Of a DNA stretch of 35,776 nucleotides, positions 23,233 to 31,714 are shown one piece after another. The DNA comes from a virus, in the IMG/VR virus record IMGVR_UViG_3300045988_122132; one strand, 5' to 3'. How positions within the stretch are numbered: position 1 is the first letter of the stretch; each line of letters starts with the position of its first letter. The notes under the pieces are model-generated. The model saw only the letters and a list, made by a program, of their open reading frames with translations. It had not been told where the DNA came from and made no database searches. Both the position numbers and the translations under genes were made by a program.

Positions 23233-24490
23233 CCTTTATTTCTCCTTTCGCTTGTGCGCTCTTCGGCGCGTTAAGTTTCGCATTTTCCAACGGCAACATG
23301 TTTCCGTTGATAAAGTATATCTTCCCCAGCCCATCAGGCAGCGGGTTCATATCCTCGAGCTCGCGTATATCGTCCGCGTTCATTATGCCGTTCTGCCGCA
23401 TCGAGTTATAATAGCTCGTGCGTGACGCGGTATCGCCGCGCAAGAGGCCGTTTGTGTTAAATTTGTAGTAATATTCGCTCTGCTCTGCCGTTGTCAGCAA
23501 GTCGCGGTAAAGCGCTTGCTCTATGCGCACGGATAGCGGGTTTATGCAATCGCGCACAAATTCCGCGCTTTGCTGCTCGATGTTGCTGAATGTTGCCTTC
23601 TCCAGGTCCATGCACATATGCGGCGGCACGCCAAATATCCTGCATATTTCCGTTACCGCCCACTTGCGGCTGTCAAGCAGCTGCGTTTTCTGCATGTCCC
23701 TGTCCCACGGCTGTGCCGTGGAGCCGTTCTCTAAAAACATCCATTTGCCCGCATTCTCCACGCCCGCATAATTGGCCTTAAAGTCCTCCTTGAAACGTTC
23801 GTACGCGCTGTCGGATAATTCGCCGGGGTATGTTATATACCCGCCCGGTGATGTACCGCTGAATCCGCGCTGTGCATACTTTGTCATGCTGTCGTTTAGG
23901 CCAAGCACCCCCGCCGCTATGTCCATCGGGTCTTCCGGCGTTCGGTTTGCGAATCTAAACCCCGGTATAAACACAAAATCGCCATCCCTCAGCGTTTCGG
24001 TTATGCCGTCCGCCGTGGCGTATATGTACTGCTCCCCGTTGCGGCTGTTGGTATAGACTTGCGAACAGTTTGCCGTGGGCAGATTTTTAAGCGCTGTTAT
24101 TACTCCGCTGCGGTTGCGCACTATGCGCAGATATCCGCCGCGTGTCAGCAGTATATTTGCCACAAGCATCTGCATCATTTCATACGCCGTCGTGGTCGGG
24201 TTTGGCAGTATATTTGTAATCTTGTATAACGGATGGTCTTTGGCCTTCTGCTTGCCGTCGTTACGGTCGCGGTACATATGCAGCGGCAGCGCCGCCATTG
24301 TCTTACTTATCAGGTCAACGCACCTGAAAACCGCCGCAACCTGTAATGCTGTATCCGCGCTTATGGAGCCCCCATTGCCCATAAGGTAATCCTGCCATGC
24401 CGTATCGCTGGATACAGGCGGCAGTTTTTCTACATTTGCCGCGCGTATCTCAATTATTTTGCCGAATAGCTTGATTTTTTTCATTCTCAC
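23225..24490 (-). CDS. Portal protein, HK97 family
   Basis: 421 aa between TerL and the protease. An alternative ATG at 24484 gives MKKIKLF. Confidence 0.85.
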   Translation of the reverse strand: MRMKKIKLFGKIIEIRAANVEKLPPVSSDTAWQDYLMGNGGSISADTALQVAAVFRCVDLISKTMAALPLHMYRDRNDGKQKAKDHPLYKITNILPNPTTTAYEMMQMLVANILLTRGGYLRIVRNRSGVITALKNLPTANCSQVYTNSRNGEQYIYATADGITETLRDGDFVFIPGFRFANRTPEDPMDIAAGVLGLNDSMTKYAQRGFSGTSPGGYITYPGELSDSAYERFKEDFKANYAGVENAGKWMFLENGSTAQPWDRDMQKTQLLDSRKWAVTEICRIFGVPPHMCMDLEKATFSNIEQQSAEFVRDCINPLSVRIEQALYRDLLTTAEQSEYYYKFNTNGLLRGDTASRTSYYNSMRQNGIMNADDIRELEDMNPLPDGLGKIYFINGNMLPLENAKLNAPKSAQAKGEIKGA

Positions 24491-24491
24491 C

Positions 24492-26045
24492 TCATATTAC
24501 GCGCAAGCCGCGCTGTTCGTATACGCTTCGTTTGGGTTCCAGTTTGACCGCCGCCGCCATTGCGTCTATAAGCGCGCACATGGGGTCAATTCGCTCGATG
24601 CTCTTGTTTTTCATCGGCTTGATGTTCTCGTTGCCGTCCTGCGCTACCACCACGTTGCCAAATGTCCAGCGCCCGCACGGGTTATGCTCGTGCGTTATCT
24701 CGCCGTCCAGCATCAGGCGCTCCAGCTCCTTCATTGCGGGGGACATTCCCGCCATTGTCTGTGGTATGGTTATAACCTTCTGCTGTGTTACTTCCTGCTG
24801 CATCAGCGGGCGCAGGGAATCAATTCGCCATTGGTCGGCAGCAATATACTTTACATTGTAGTCCAGCATCAGCTTATCAAGATAATTTGCTATATAGGCG
24901 TAGTCGACGCAGTTGCCGGGCGTTGCGTGCATATGCTCCGCTTTAACCCATCTGCCAAATGGTACATGGTCACGCTGCTCGCGTTCGCGCATATTGTCCT
25001 CCGGTATCCACGCATCCACAAAAAACCGCCATTCCGTCTGCTCCGGTAACGGCGGGAATAGCACCGCCACGCCCGTAAGGTCGGTTGTGCTTGATAGGTC
25101 GATACCTACATAGCACTCGCGCCCCAGCATATCGGATTTATGCCAGTCGCCTTCGGTATCGTCCCATAGCGTAATCGGCATCCACCCCGTGCGTTTCAGC
25201 GATATCCATTGATTCAGTCGCAGCCAGCGGAAAAGCTTCTCAGCCGCAGGGCTATTCCGCGCCTTTAATGCCTCGCTGCGCACATTCTCTATTTTTATCG
25301 ACACGCCGAGCGACGGATTAGCCAAATACCAATTAGCTTCGTCATATATATCTGCCGTCTCCGGAACGGTATATATTTTTGCGTAAAAGGTTGGGTCTAC
25401 AAGTTCGCCGCTTATAATTTTTGTGGCTATGTCGTGCTGCTCCCAGCCCACGCTTTTGCGGTCAGGGTCGTCGCCTGCCGTAGTGATGCACCAGATAAGC
25501 TGTTCGTCTCGCGCCGCGCCCGTGCCGAAGGTCAGCACGTCCCACAAGTCGCGCTTGGGGTGCGCGTGCAGCTCATCAATTATTACCACGGACGGGTTAA
25601 GTCCGTGCTTCGTGGCCGCTTCCGCCGAAAGCACCTTGAAGCGCGTATGCGTGCGGAGATTTAGCATCTCTTTCGTGCTGTCCTTGATTTTTATAATCTT
25701 TGATAGCACCTTGCTCTGTTCTACCATGCTCTTTGCCGCGTTAAATGCTATGGACGCTTGATTGCGGTCGGCTGCGCCGCAGTATATTTCGCCACCCGCC
25801 GCATCCATCACAAGATGGTAAAGACTGAGCGCGGCTATAAGCTCGGTTTTGCCGTTCTTCTTGGCTATCTCCAGATAACCCGTTCGATATTGGCGCTTCC
25901 CGTCCTCATTCACTGTGCCGTATACGGCATTTATAACGTCAATTTCCCACGGCAGCAGCACAAAAGGTTTCCCGTAAAAATCACCCGTATGCTTTAACGC
26001 CTGCACAAATTCTATAACCGCAAGCGCTTTTTTTGTGTCAACCAC
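24492..26045 (-). CDS. terL: Terminase large subunit
   Basis: Walker-A-like LEIAKKNGKTELIAA, Walker B VVIIDELH and a C-terminal nuclease fold region. The GTG start overlaps the TerS stop. Confidence 0.9.
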   Translation of the reverse strand: MVDTKKALAVIEFVQALKHTGDFYGKPFVLLPWEIDVINAVYGTVNEDGKRQYRTGYLEIAKKNGKTELIAALSLYHLVMDAAGGEIYCGAADRNQASIAFNAAKSMVEQSKVLSKIIKIKDSTKEMLNLRTHTRFKVLSAEAATKHGLNPSVVIIDELHAHPKRDLWDVLTFGTGAARDEQLIWCITTAGDDPDRKSVGWEQHDIATKIISGELVDPTFYAKIYTVPETADIYDEANWYLANPSLGVSIKIENVRSEALKARNSPAAEKLFRWLRLNQWISLKRTGWMPITLWDDTEGDWHKSDMLGRECYVGIDLSSTTDLTGVAVLFPPLPEQTEWRFFVDAWIPEDNMREREQRDHVPFGRWVKAEHMHATPGNCVDYAYIANYLDKLMLDYNVKYIAADQWRIDSLRPLMQQEVTQQKVITIPQTMAGMSPAMKELERLMLDGEITHEHNPCGRWTFGNVVVAQDGNENIKPMKNKSIERIDPMCALIDAMAAAVKLEPKRSVYEQRGLRVI

Positions 26046-26532
26046 CGTATTTGTTCAGATAGGCCGCCATTGGGTCGCTTTCTGCTTCCTTCTTGGCGGC
26101 TGCAACTCCCATCCTCGCGCGGCCTACTGGGGACAGGCACAACTGCTCCGCGTATTTCGCTATGTTCTGCCCCTCCCGCCGCATTATAGTAATATACGGG
26201 TTTTCTGCGGGTCTGCCGTCCGCATTCATATAGACCAGCGGGCGGTTCTGGTATTCCTCTTGCGCCCTGCGGTATATTGCTACGCTTTCGCAGTACGCCA
26301 TAAGGGTCGATATGTCCAAGTCATTGATTATCTTCGCGTCAAGCTGGCGATACAGCTTAACTATGCGTTTCCACTCTTTTTTCGCCTCGCTTGATATGGT
26401 TTTGGGCGGCGTTAATTTATCGGTACAGCCTTCCGGTTCGCCATTCTGTCGCCCGTCAAGCGTTTCTTTTGTGTGCCTCGCCTTGGCGTTGTCCACCAGT
26501 TTCAGCGGGGTTGGTTTTCTCCCGGTCGGCAT
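26038..26532 (-). CDS. terS: Terminase small subunit (P27-like)
   Basis: 164 aa starting MPTGRKPTPLKLVDNAKARHTKE, directly upstream of TerL. Confidence 0.75.
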   Translation of the reverse strand: MPTGRKPTPLKLVDNAKARHTKETLDGRQNGEPEGCTDKLTPPKTISSEAKKEWKRIVKLYRQLDAKIINDLDISTLMAYCESVAIYRRAQEEYQNRPLVYMNADGRPAENPYITIMRREGQNIAKYAEQLCLSPVGRARMGVAAAKKEAESDPMAAYLNKYGG

Positions 26533-26550
26533 ACTGTTCTCCTTTCCGCG

Positions 26551-26697
26551 TTATTTGTGCCTATAGTATTCCTTGCGCTCGCGCAGCAGCCGTTTAAGAT
26601 ACTTCTGCGCGTCCCTGCGTGCACAGCCCGTGCTTTTGTCAATCCGTGCGCGGGCTTCTACTATCTTTTCGTTGTGTTCGTTTATTGCTTTATTCAT
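26551..26697 (-). CDS. Small basic helical protein (48 aa, hypothetical)
   Basis: Encodes MNKAINEHNEKIVEARARIDKSTGCARRDAQKYLKRLLRERKEYYRHK. Its start overlaps the radical SAM stop by 8 nt. Confidence 0.4.
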   Translation of the reverse strand: MNKAINEHNEKIVEARARIDKSTGCARRDAQKYLKRLLRERKEYYRHK

Positions 26698-28027
26698 ATT
26701 TGCGTGTCCATAGCCTTTCTACTTGCGCGTATGTGCGCAGATATCGGCTCGGCAAGTCCGCGGGGGTAAAGCCGCCGAAAAGTTTATCCATGTCAAACAG
26801 CTTAGCTAACACGGCCTCTTTCTCCGCGTTGCTTGCCCGCCAGAACTTCGGTGCACGGCACAGGCGTTCTATGTTTTCGCTATCGTTCTCGCTTCCCCTG
26901 TGTGCTAATGCGGATAGCATGACGGTCGGCAAGCCTTCTGTTCCGCTGCTTTCGACTGACCATAAGGATTTGCCTTGATATATCAGATTGCCTTTTAGTC
27001 CATTCCCAATCGTCCGGGATATTTCACCCCTAAAGTTACGCTTTGCCATCGGCGCACACGCCATAGGCGTGGCGGGCATTGCCCTGAACGGCGTGTTATG
27101 CAGGACAATAGACCATTGTTTTTCGCGTTTCTCCGCTATATCATCCGCAAGTCTTATATCCTCGGCAAACTCGCGCCAATCATCCTCTGTTTCAGACGGA
27201 TAGCCGCAAATGTTGAAAAACTTGATTTGATGTGGCTTGCCGCTGTAATTAAGCATGGCGCTCAGAAATTGCCGCAGGTTCTCACGCGTTATGGGTTTGT
27301 TCACCATTTTGCGCAACCGCTCGCTGAATCCGTCTATGGCCGTTGTACGCAAATGTGCCCAGTCTATTTCCTCTTTCCCGTTTATCATATCAAGCATGGC
27401 GCGTTCCTTATCTTCCATGCCGTCAAACAAGCCGCCGGGCATTTTGTATACGTCGCCCAGGGACGATATGAATTTTCGCTGCCATGTATAGCCGCAAAAA
27501 AAGCATTTGTGGTTGCACCCTATTGCCCGTTCTATGTATTCCTTCTTGTCGGTCAAACGTATCCGGTGTGGGTATATACAATCCGTTTGCGCCACTCTAT
27601 ATATTTTGTCAGGCGAAAAGGTTCTAACATCTATTACGCTTTCGTGGTCGTATCCGCCGTCGCGTTCTATGCCATCGATAAGCGGGGTCATAATGTGTTC
27701 GCCGCGTCCTATTACTGCAAAGTCGAACCAGCGCAGGAATGGCGTAACGTGCAATACGCCCGCCCCGCCGACAATAACCTTGTAATTGCCTTTGCGCCAT
27801 CTCACACGCTCCTTGACAAATGTCCACCAGTCGCAATCGCTTGTAAGGCTAACCAGCACTATATCATATTCATGCACCGTGGCTATTCCGGCATACTCTA
27901 CGCTATGCCCTGTGCGTTCCAAGCTGTCTATTATCACTTTTAGCCCGGCAAACTGGCGCGTATCTAAGCACTCTTTCTTATATGCCGTCTTTGCGTATTG
28001 TTCTTGTACGTATGCACATATCCTCAT
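26690..28027 (-). CDS. Radical SAM enzyme with B12-binding-like N-terminal domain (function unknown)
   Basis: CX3CX2C cluster motif in AIGCNHKCFFCGYTW. The N-terminal Rossmann-like segment is YDIVLVSLTSDCDW...KVIVGGAGV. I prefer the ATG at 28027, just after the ParB-like stop, over the 471-aa track ORF. Confidence 0.8.
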   Translation of the reverse strand: MRICAYVQEQYAKTAYKKECLDTRQFAGLKVIIDSLERTGHSVEYAGIATVHEYDIVLVSLTSDCDWWTFVKERVRWRKGNYKVIVGGAGVLHVTPFLRWFDFAVIGRGEHIMTPLIDGIERDGGYDHESVIDVRTFSPDKIYRVAQTDCIYPHRIRLTDKKEYIERAIGCNHKCFFCGYTWQRKFISSLGDVYKMPGGLFDGMEDKERAMLDMINGKEEIDWAHLRTTAIDGFSERLRKMVNKPITRENLRQFLSAMLNYSGKPHQIKFFNICGYPSETEDDWREFAEDIRLADDIAEKREKQWSIVLHNTPFRAMPATPMACAPMAKRNFRGEISRTIGNGLKGNLIYQGKSLWSVESSGTEGLPTVMLSALAHRGSENDSENIERLCRAPKFWRASNAEKEAVLAKLFDMDKLFGGFTPADLPSRYLRTYAQVERLWTRKYE

Positions 28028-28028
28028 G

Positions 28029-28499
28029 CTATACCTCAAACACAAATCCGCACTTAGGACATTTAACAGGCTCTTTTTCATTACTGCCGCCGTCCCCGCA
28101 ATCAAGCAATGAATCCACGTCCACCGCCTCTATCTCGTCGAAGCCGAACTCCGTCATGTCAAACCCCGTCAGGCCGTCCATCTCTGCGGGCAACAAATTC
28201 CAATCCCATTCGGCAAGCTCGCCCACCTTGTTGTCGGCAAGGCGGTACGCCTTGACCTGTTCCGGCGTTAGGTCGCTTGCCACTACGCACGGCACTTCGT
28301 CTAACCCATTTTTCTTGGCCGCCTTTAGCCGTGTATCTCCCGCGATTACTTCGTCGTTAACGTCAATCACTATGGGCTGCTTAAATCCAAAGGCCTTAAT
28401 GCTTGCCGCTACCGCGTCAACCGCCTTGTCGTTCTTGCGCGGGTTGTTCTTGTACGGCTTCAGCTCCGCAACCTTTCTCATCACAATCTGGCTATCCAT
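28029..28499 (-). CDS. ParB-like nuclease-domain protein with C-terminal zinc ribbon
   Basis: LKPYKNNPRKNDKAVDAVAASIKAFGFKQPIVID...GDTRLKAAKKNGL is a ParB N-terminal domain pattern. The C-terminus carries CPKCG. Confidence 0.8.
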   Translation of the reverse strand: MDSQIVMRKVAELKPYKNNPRKNDKAVDAVAASIKAFGFKQPIVIDVNDEVIAGDTRLKAAKKNGLDEVPCVVASDLTPEQVKAYRLADNKVGELAEWDWNLLPAEMDGLTGFDMTEFGFDEIEAVDVDSLLDCGDGGSNEKEPVKCPKCGFVFEV

Positions 28500-28902
28500 T
28501 TATCCCATATGCTCCCTTCAACTTTTTATGTCCCTTCACGCTGTTGCAATGTATGCACGCAGGCTGATGGTTGGTCGTGTCCCAAAACTTTGGGTCGCTC
28601 GCGCCGTCGGGCGGGTCAATGTGGTCAACGCATTGCGCCACAATCGCACAGCCATCGTCCAGCCGCAGGGCGCAAAGCTGGTTCTCCGGTCGGGATAAAA
28701 ACCACTTTGAATATCTGTCCCATCGTGCATCGTACCCGCGTTCCCGCGACGTGCCGCGCCTGCCGTCGCGCCTGCGCAGCTGTTCAAGTTTTTTCTCGCG
28801 TTCCGCTGCTTCGCCCGCCTCGCGGTGGTCGGCGCAATATTTGTCGGTCGTGACATTGTTGCAGTTAGGCCATGCGCAGAAGTGCGCCGGTTTCTGCGCC
28901 AT
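28492..28902 (-). CDS. HNH endonuclease
   Basis: CVDHIDP...NHQPACIHCNSVKG is an HNH motif. The N-terminus has a Cys/His cluster. The location is packaging-proximal. Confidence 0.8.
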   Translation of the reverse strand: MAQKPAHFCAWPNCNNVTTDKYCADHREAGEAAEREKKLEQLRRRDGRRGTSRERGYDARWDRYSKWFLSRPENQLCALRLDDGCAIVAQCVDHIDPPDGASDPKFWDTTNHQPACIHCNSVKGHKKLKGAYGING

Positions 28903-28903
28903 T

Positions 28904-29017
28904 TTATCGCCGCCCCCTCCTTGCCGGATACGGGCACTCCTTCACCCCGCACCGCCTTTTACCCTTGTCATAGTGCTTGCACTCTTTACAGGTGGCGGGT
29001 GTGTGTATCCACGTCAC
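28904..29017 (-). CDS. Tiny Cys-rich zinc-ribbon protein (37 aa, hypothetical)
   Basis: The GTG start overlaps the methylase stop (GGGTGACG). It encodes VTWIHTPATCKECKHYDKGKRRCGVKECPYPARRGRR and fills an otherwise non-coding gap. Confidence 0.3.
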   Translation of the reverse strand: MTWIHTPATCKECKHYDKGKRRCGVKECPYPARRGRR

Positions 29018-29856
29018 CCAAGCCGCCTTATTATTTCCTTTTCCCTCTCCGATAGCTCCCATATTTTTGCCCCTGCTTTCTCTGCTGCTGCTTTCTCTGC
29101 TGCTTTCTCTGCTGCTGCTTTCTCTGCTGCTGCTTTCTCTGCTGCTGCTTTCTCTGACAAGAGGAAGCCGCCGCCGAAAACCTTCTTTCCTGCGTCCCTT
29201 TGACTATCCAACGTGCTGATAAAGGCGCAATCCTCGGCGCGTATCCTTAACGACTGCCCGTATTTTGCAATGCGCTGTATTCTCGCCGCCGTCAGAACAT
29301 GGTCGTGGTACTCGTATTTCGGCAGCGACTTTGTAACCTTCTCGCGGTTTTCATCATCGGCCGCTTTTATTGCTTCATATAAGTCGGGCGCAACCATGAT
29401 TTTGTATTGCCCCATGTTTGTGGCAAAGCTCGTGTCTACGCTCGCGCCGTTATCGTACATTATCGATAGCCCGCATATGACATAATTTATACCGTCCAAG
29501 CCGCTGCCTGAAAAAATCGTTTTGGCGGGCCCGAAAAGAAAAAAGCGTATGCCGCGTTGATTGTACCAACGGCAGATCTCGGCAAAGATCGAAAAAGGCG
29601 GGTTGTCTATCACCGCACAATTCCCGCTGTAATCCTCTTTCTTGTAATCCCCGCCGGGGTAAAACGGGCGTATAATCCGCGCTCCCTCCAAGCCGTATTC
29701 CTTAACCGCCCAATCAAGAACGGCGGCATATACGTTATCGGGCGTGTAGCAATCATCCGTTGTTTTCTTCGGCTTGAATTTTTCAACGAATGCGGCATAT
29801 TCGCCCGTCATTTCCATCTGGTCGCCAAGCGCCATTTTCTCTTTGAAGCTGTCCAT
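29014..29856 (-). CDS. N6-adenine DNA methyltransferase (DNPPF motif) with C-terminal EKAAA repeat
   Basis: Catalytic motif IV VIDNPPFS, plus the TTDDCYTP region. The C-terminal low-complexity repeat is EKAAAEKAAAEKAAAEKAAEKAAAEKA. Confidence 0.75.
   Translation of the reverse strand: MDSFKEKMALGDQMEMTGEYAAFVEKFKPKKTTDDCYTPDNVYAAVLDWAVKEYGLEGARIIRPFYPGGDYKKEDYSGNCAVIDNPPFSIFAEICRWYNQRGIRFFLFGPAKTIFSGSGLDGINYVICGLSIMYDNGASVDTSFATNMGQYKIMVAPDLYEAIKAADDENREKVTKSLPKYEYHDHVLTAARIQRIAKYGQSLRIRAEDCAFISTLDSQRDAGKKVFGGGFLLSEKAAAEKAAAEKAAAEKAAEKAAAEKAGAKIWELSEREKEIIRRLG
29074..29156. repeat. Coding tandem repeat, 15-nt unit (one 12-nt unit)
   Basis: tgctgctttctctgc is iterated about 5.5 times and encodes (EKAAA)n on the minus strand. 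Confidence 0.85.
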
Positions 29857-29871
29857 TCCTTCCCCCTATGC

Positions 29872-29899
29872 AAAAGGGCTCCCATGCGGAAGCCCTTTT
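29872..29899 (-). terminator. Strong hairpin between the late regulator and the methylase gene
   Basis: AAAAGGGCTcCC-atgc-GGaAGCCCTTTT has 11 paired positions and A/T runs on both sides, so it is symmetric. Confidence 0.5.
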
Positions 29900-29923
29900 C
29901 GATGATATAAGTATATCACATAA

Positions 29924-29942
29924 ATCGTGTTGTATCGTGTTG
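29924..29942. promoter_or_regulatory. Tandem 9-mer ATCGTGTTG x2 (10-bp period), candidate late-activator site
   Basis: Copies at 29924..29932 and 29934..29942. On the minus strand they precede a TATACT -10-like hexamer and the hairpin. Confidence 0.35.
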
Positions 29943-29945
29943 ACT

Positions 29946-30440
29946 TTATGGGGCAATGCGATTTATAAGCCGCTCCACGCCGTGCCGTTCTAAAGCCTTT
30001 GCCCAATCCTGCGACACGTGCATCCGCTGTGCCACCTTTTCCCAGTAGCCACTCTTCGCCACGCCATACTCCACATACCGCAGTTTTATCACCTCGCACT
30101 CCAGCGGCGGCAGACACATCACCTCGAACTCTATCATGCTCGCGTGATAATTCAGCTCTTGCAGCTCAGCTTCAAGGCGCTGCTTTTTTCGTTCAAGCCG
30201 CTTTATTTCGCGGGTGGCTTTTACCGCCGCATTGTATGTGGCATCAGATACCCCACTGCCGTGCGGCATACCCGTAAGGCGCTGCGGGTGAAGGTCGTAC
30301 TGGCTTTCAATCTCTTCGTCCACCGTCACAAGCTGCCGCTCCTTGTCCGTGCGCGTGCGCTCCGTGTTGCCCCAGTACATCAGCAGCCTCCTTACTGCCG
30401 CGCGTTCGTTTTGTCTCTTTTCCTTATCGCTTTTATCCAT
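29946..30440 (-). CDS. Late-gene transcriptional regulator (sigma-70 region-4-like, RinA/ArpU-like)
   Basis: 164 aa containing GMPHGSGVSDATYN, a coiled coil, and then LECEVIKLRYVEYGV...VAQRMHVSQDWAKALERHG (HTH). It lies upstream of the packaging genes. Confidence 0.6.
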   Translation of the reverse strand: MDKSDKEKRQNERAAVRRLLMYWGNTERTRTDKERQLVTVDEEIESQYDLHPQRLTGMPHGSGVSDATYNAAVKATREIKRLERKKQRLEAELQELNYHASMIEFEVMCLPPLECEVIKLRYVEYGVAKSGYWEKVAQRMHVSQDWAKALERHGVERLINRIAP

Positions 30441-30560
30441 TCTACTGCCTCACCTGATTTTTCACAAAAATCGAAATTTTTTTGTTCCGTTGAGGGGCCC
30501 GCGGTACGGGCCGCCACGGCGCAGGGATTTTGATACCCCCTCCCGCCGCGGCATCATAGT

Positions 30561-31436
30561 CTAACCCCGCACAAATTCCGGGCACTGCCGCACATGGTAC
30601 GATTGCGTCGGCTTGTCGCTGTATAGCCGCGTCTCGTCTGCGTCCCAACCCTTGACGGGCTTAAAGCTCCTGCTCCATGAGCACCCGCGCTTGCCGCACT
30701 TATCCGGCACGGCATTGGCGCAAGACCAGCACAGTGACTGGGAGTATAGGGTCTTCGCGCAGGGGCTTGCGCCGTCATAATACCTATGCGCATCGCCTGT
30801 CGGCGCGCGAAGCGCCAAGTGCGCCATCATCCTGCGCAAGGTCGCGGTAGTCACGCCGATATGCTCGGCAATCTCCGTCCATTTCCCCCCCTGATTGCGC
30901 ATCTGCTTCACATCGTCCCAGCCTGGCCAGTCAGGGTAAAGCATTGCGTTTAATCTGTCGTACCTGCTGGGGCCGATGTCAATGCCACGCCTGCCCGCAC
31001 GCTTTTGCAGCGTTGGGCCACTTATGCCATACGGCTCCGCGATATCGCCCCATGTCTTGCCCGCCTCACGCTGCTTGCACACGTCATCCCAGTCCACTGG
31101 TGTCAGGGTGGGCTTGCGCACTAAGCGCGTATCTATGCCATGCTCTTGCGCGTAGCTGTGTAGCCGGTCACGCGATACATGATACTTCGCGGCTATGTCA
31201 GCCCATTTCATGCCCTCCGTGCGCAGACGCTGTATATCCTCTATGGACGGCAGTGAGTTATAGTCTGTGCGCCTTGGTATATCCACACCCGCCAGCCTTG
31301 CATACTTTGCCAGTGTGGTACCCGTTATGCCGTACAATTCACCCACTTGGTCAAGATTCGCGCCCGCCTCGCGCCGCCGCTTGATATCTTCCCAATCCGC
31401 CATGGTGATGTCGTTTATCGTCCGTATCTTTTTCAT
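30561..31436 (-). CDS. Protein with four tandem HTH modules and a C-terminal Cys-rich domain (hypothetical DNA-binding)
   Basis: Four repeats of the form W(E/D)D(I/V)xx(R/Q)(R)xxG..W..IAE.YG(I/V)(T/S)..TL..xA...GID. The C-terminus is CWSCANAVPDKCGKRGCSW...RQCPEF. Confidence 0.65.
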   Translation of the reverse strand: MKKIRTINDITMADWEDIKRRREAGANLDQVGELYGITGTTLAKYARLAGVDIPRRTDYNSLPSIEDIQRLRTEGMKWADIAAKYHVSRDRLHSYAQEHGIDTRLVRKPTLTPVDWDDVCKQREAGKTWGDIAEPYGISGPTLQKRAGRRGIDIGPSRYDRLNAMLYPDWPGWDDVKQMRNQGGKWTEIAEHIGVTTATLRRMMAHLALRAPTGDAHRYYDGASPCAKTLYSQSLCWSCANAVPDKCGKRGCSWSRSFKPVKGWDADETRLYSDKPTQSYHVRQCPEFVRG

Positions 31437-31714
31437 AATCTTTCGCCCCAGCTACAAAAGTCGTTATCTGTCTCCCATGCGTGCTGCTCTCCGCATTCAC
31501 AGCCATAATACATGGCGCAATCCTCCTTACCCCGGCGAATGCAGTTTTCACATCGTACCACCTCCACTACATCGGCGGCGGGGATACTGTCGAGGAGGTC
31601 TATACAGTCCCGTAAACAGTCTGCCTTATCATTGTCCCCTTCTAATAAGCAATCTGTGATCCATATTCTAAGTCGTTCCTTAGCCGCTTCGAGTTCTATA
31701 TATTTTTTGCTCAT
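31433..31714 (-). CDS. Hypothetical Cys-rich protein
   Basis: Start at the ATG at 31714 (RBS AGGAGGTACTGACAATG). Encodes MSKKYIELEAAKERLR...VVRCENCIRRGKEDCAMYYGCECG. Confidence 0.55.
   Translation of the reverse strand: MSKKYIELEAAKERLRIWITDCLLEGDNDKADCLRDCIDLLDSIPAADVVEVVRCENCIRRGKEDCAMYYGCECGEQHAWETDNDFCSWGERL

Noticed and set aside
28536-28952. 138-aa alternative-frame ORF over the HNH gene.
   Set aside because: The overlapping frame carries a clear HNH motif with coupled start and stop codons. This frame is Arg/Ala/Thr-rich with no recognisable features.
28977-29219. Plus-strand ORF encoding a Leu/Ser-rich peptide (LLSLLLLSLLL), which could be a membrane protein.
   Set aside because: It is the antisense reading of the (EKAAA)n repeat inside the methyltransferase gene. 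It has no RBS, and its composition is an artefact of the repeat.
30441-30560. GC-rich structured intergenic segment (GGCCCG-N5-CGGGCC and flanking complementary runs) as an ncRNA gene, plus the ORFs 30442..30648 and 30554..30793.
   Set aside because: It has no promoter or terminator pair of its own. It is most simply an inter-operon hairpin upstream of the late-regulator gene. The overlapping ORFs are Arg/Ala/Pro-rich shadow frames. I retain it only as untested secondary structure.
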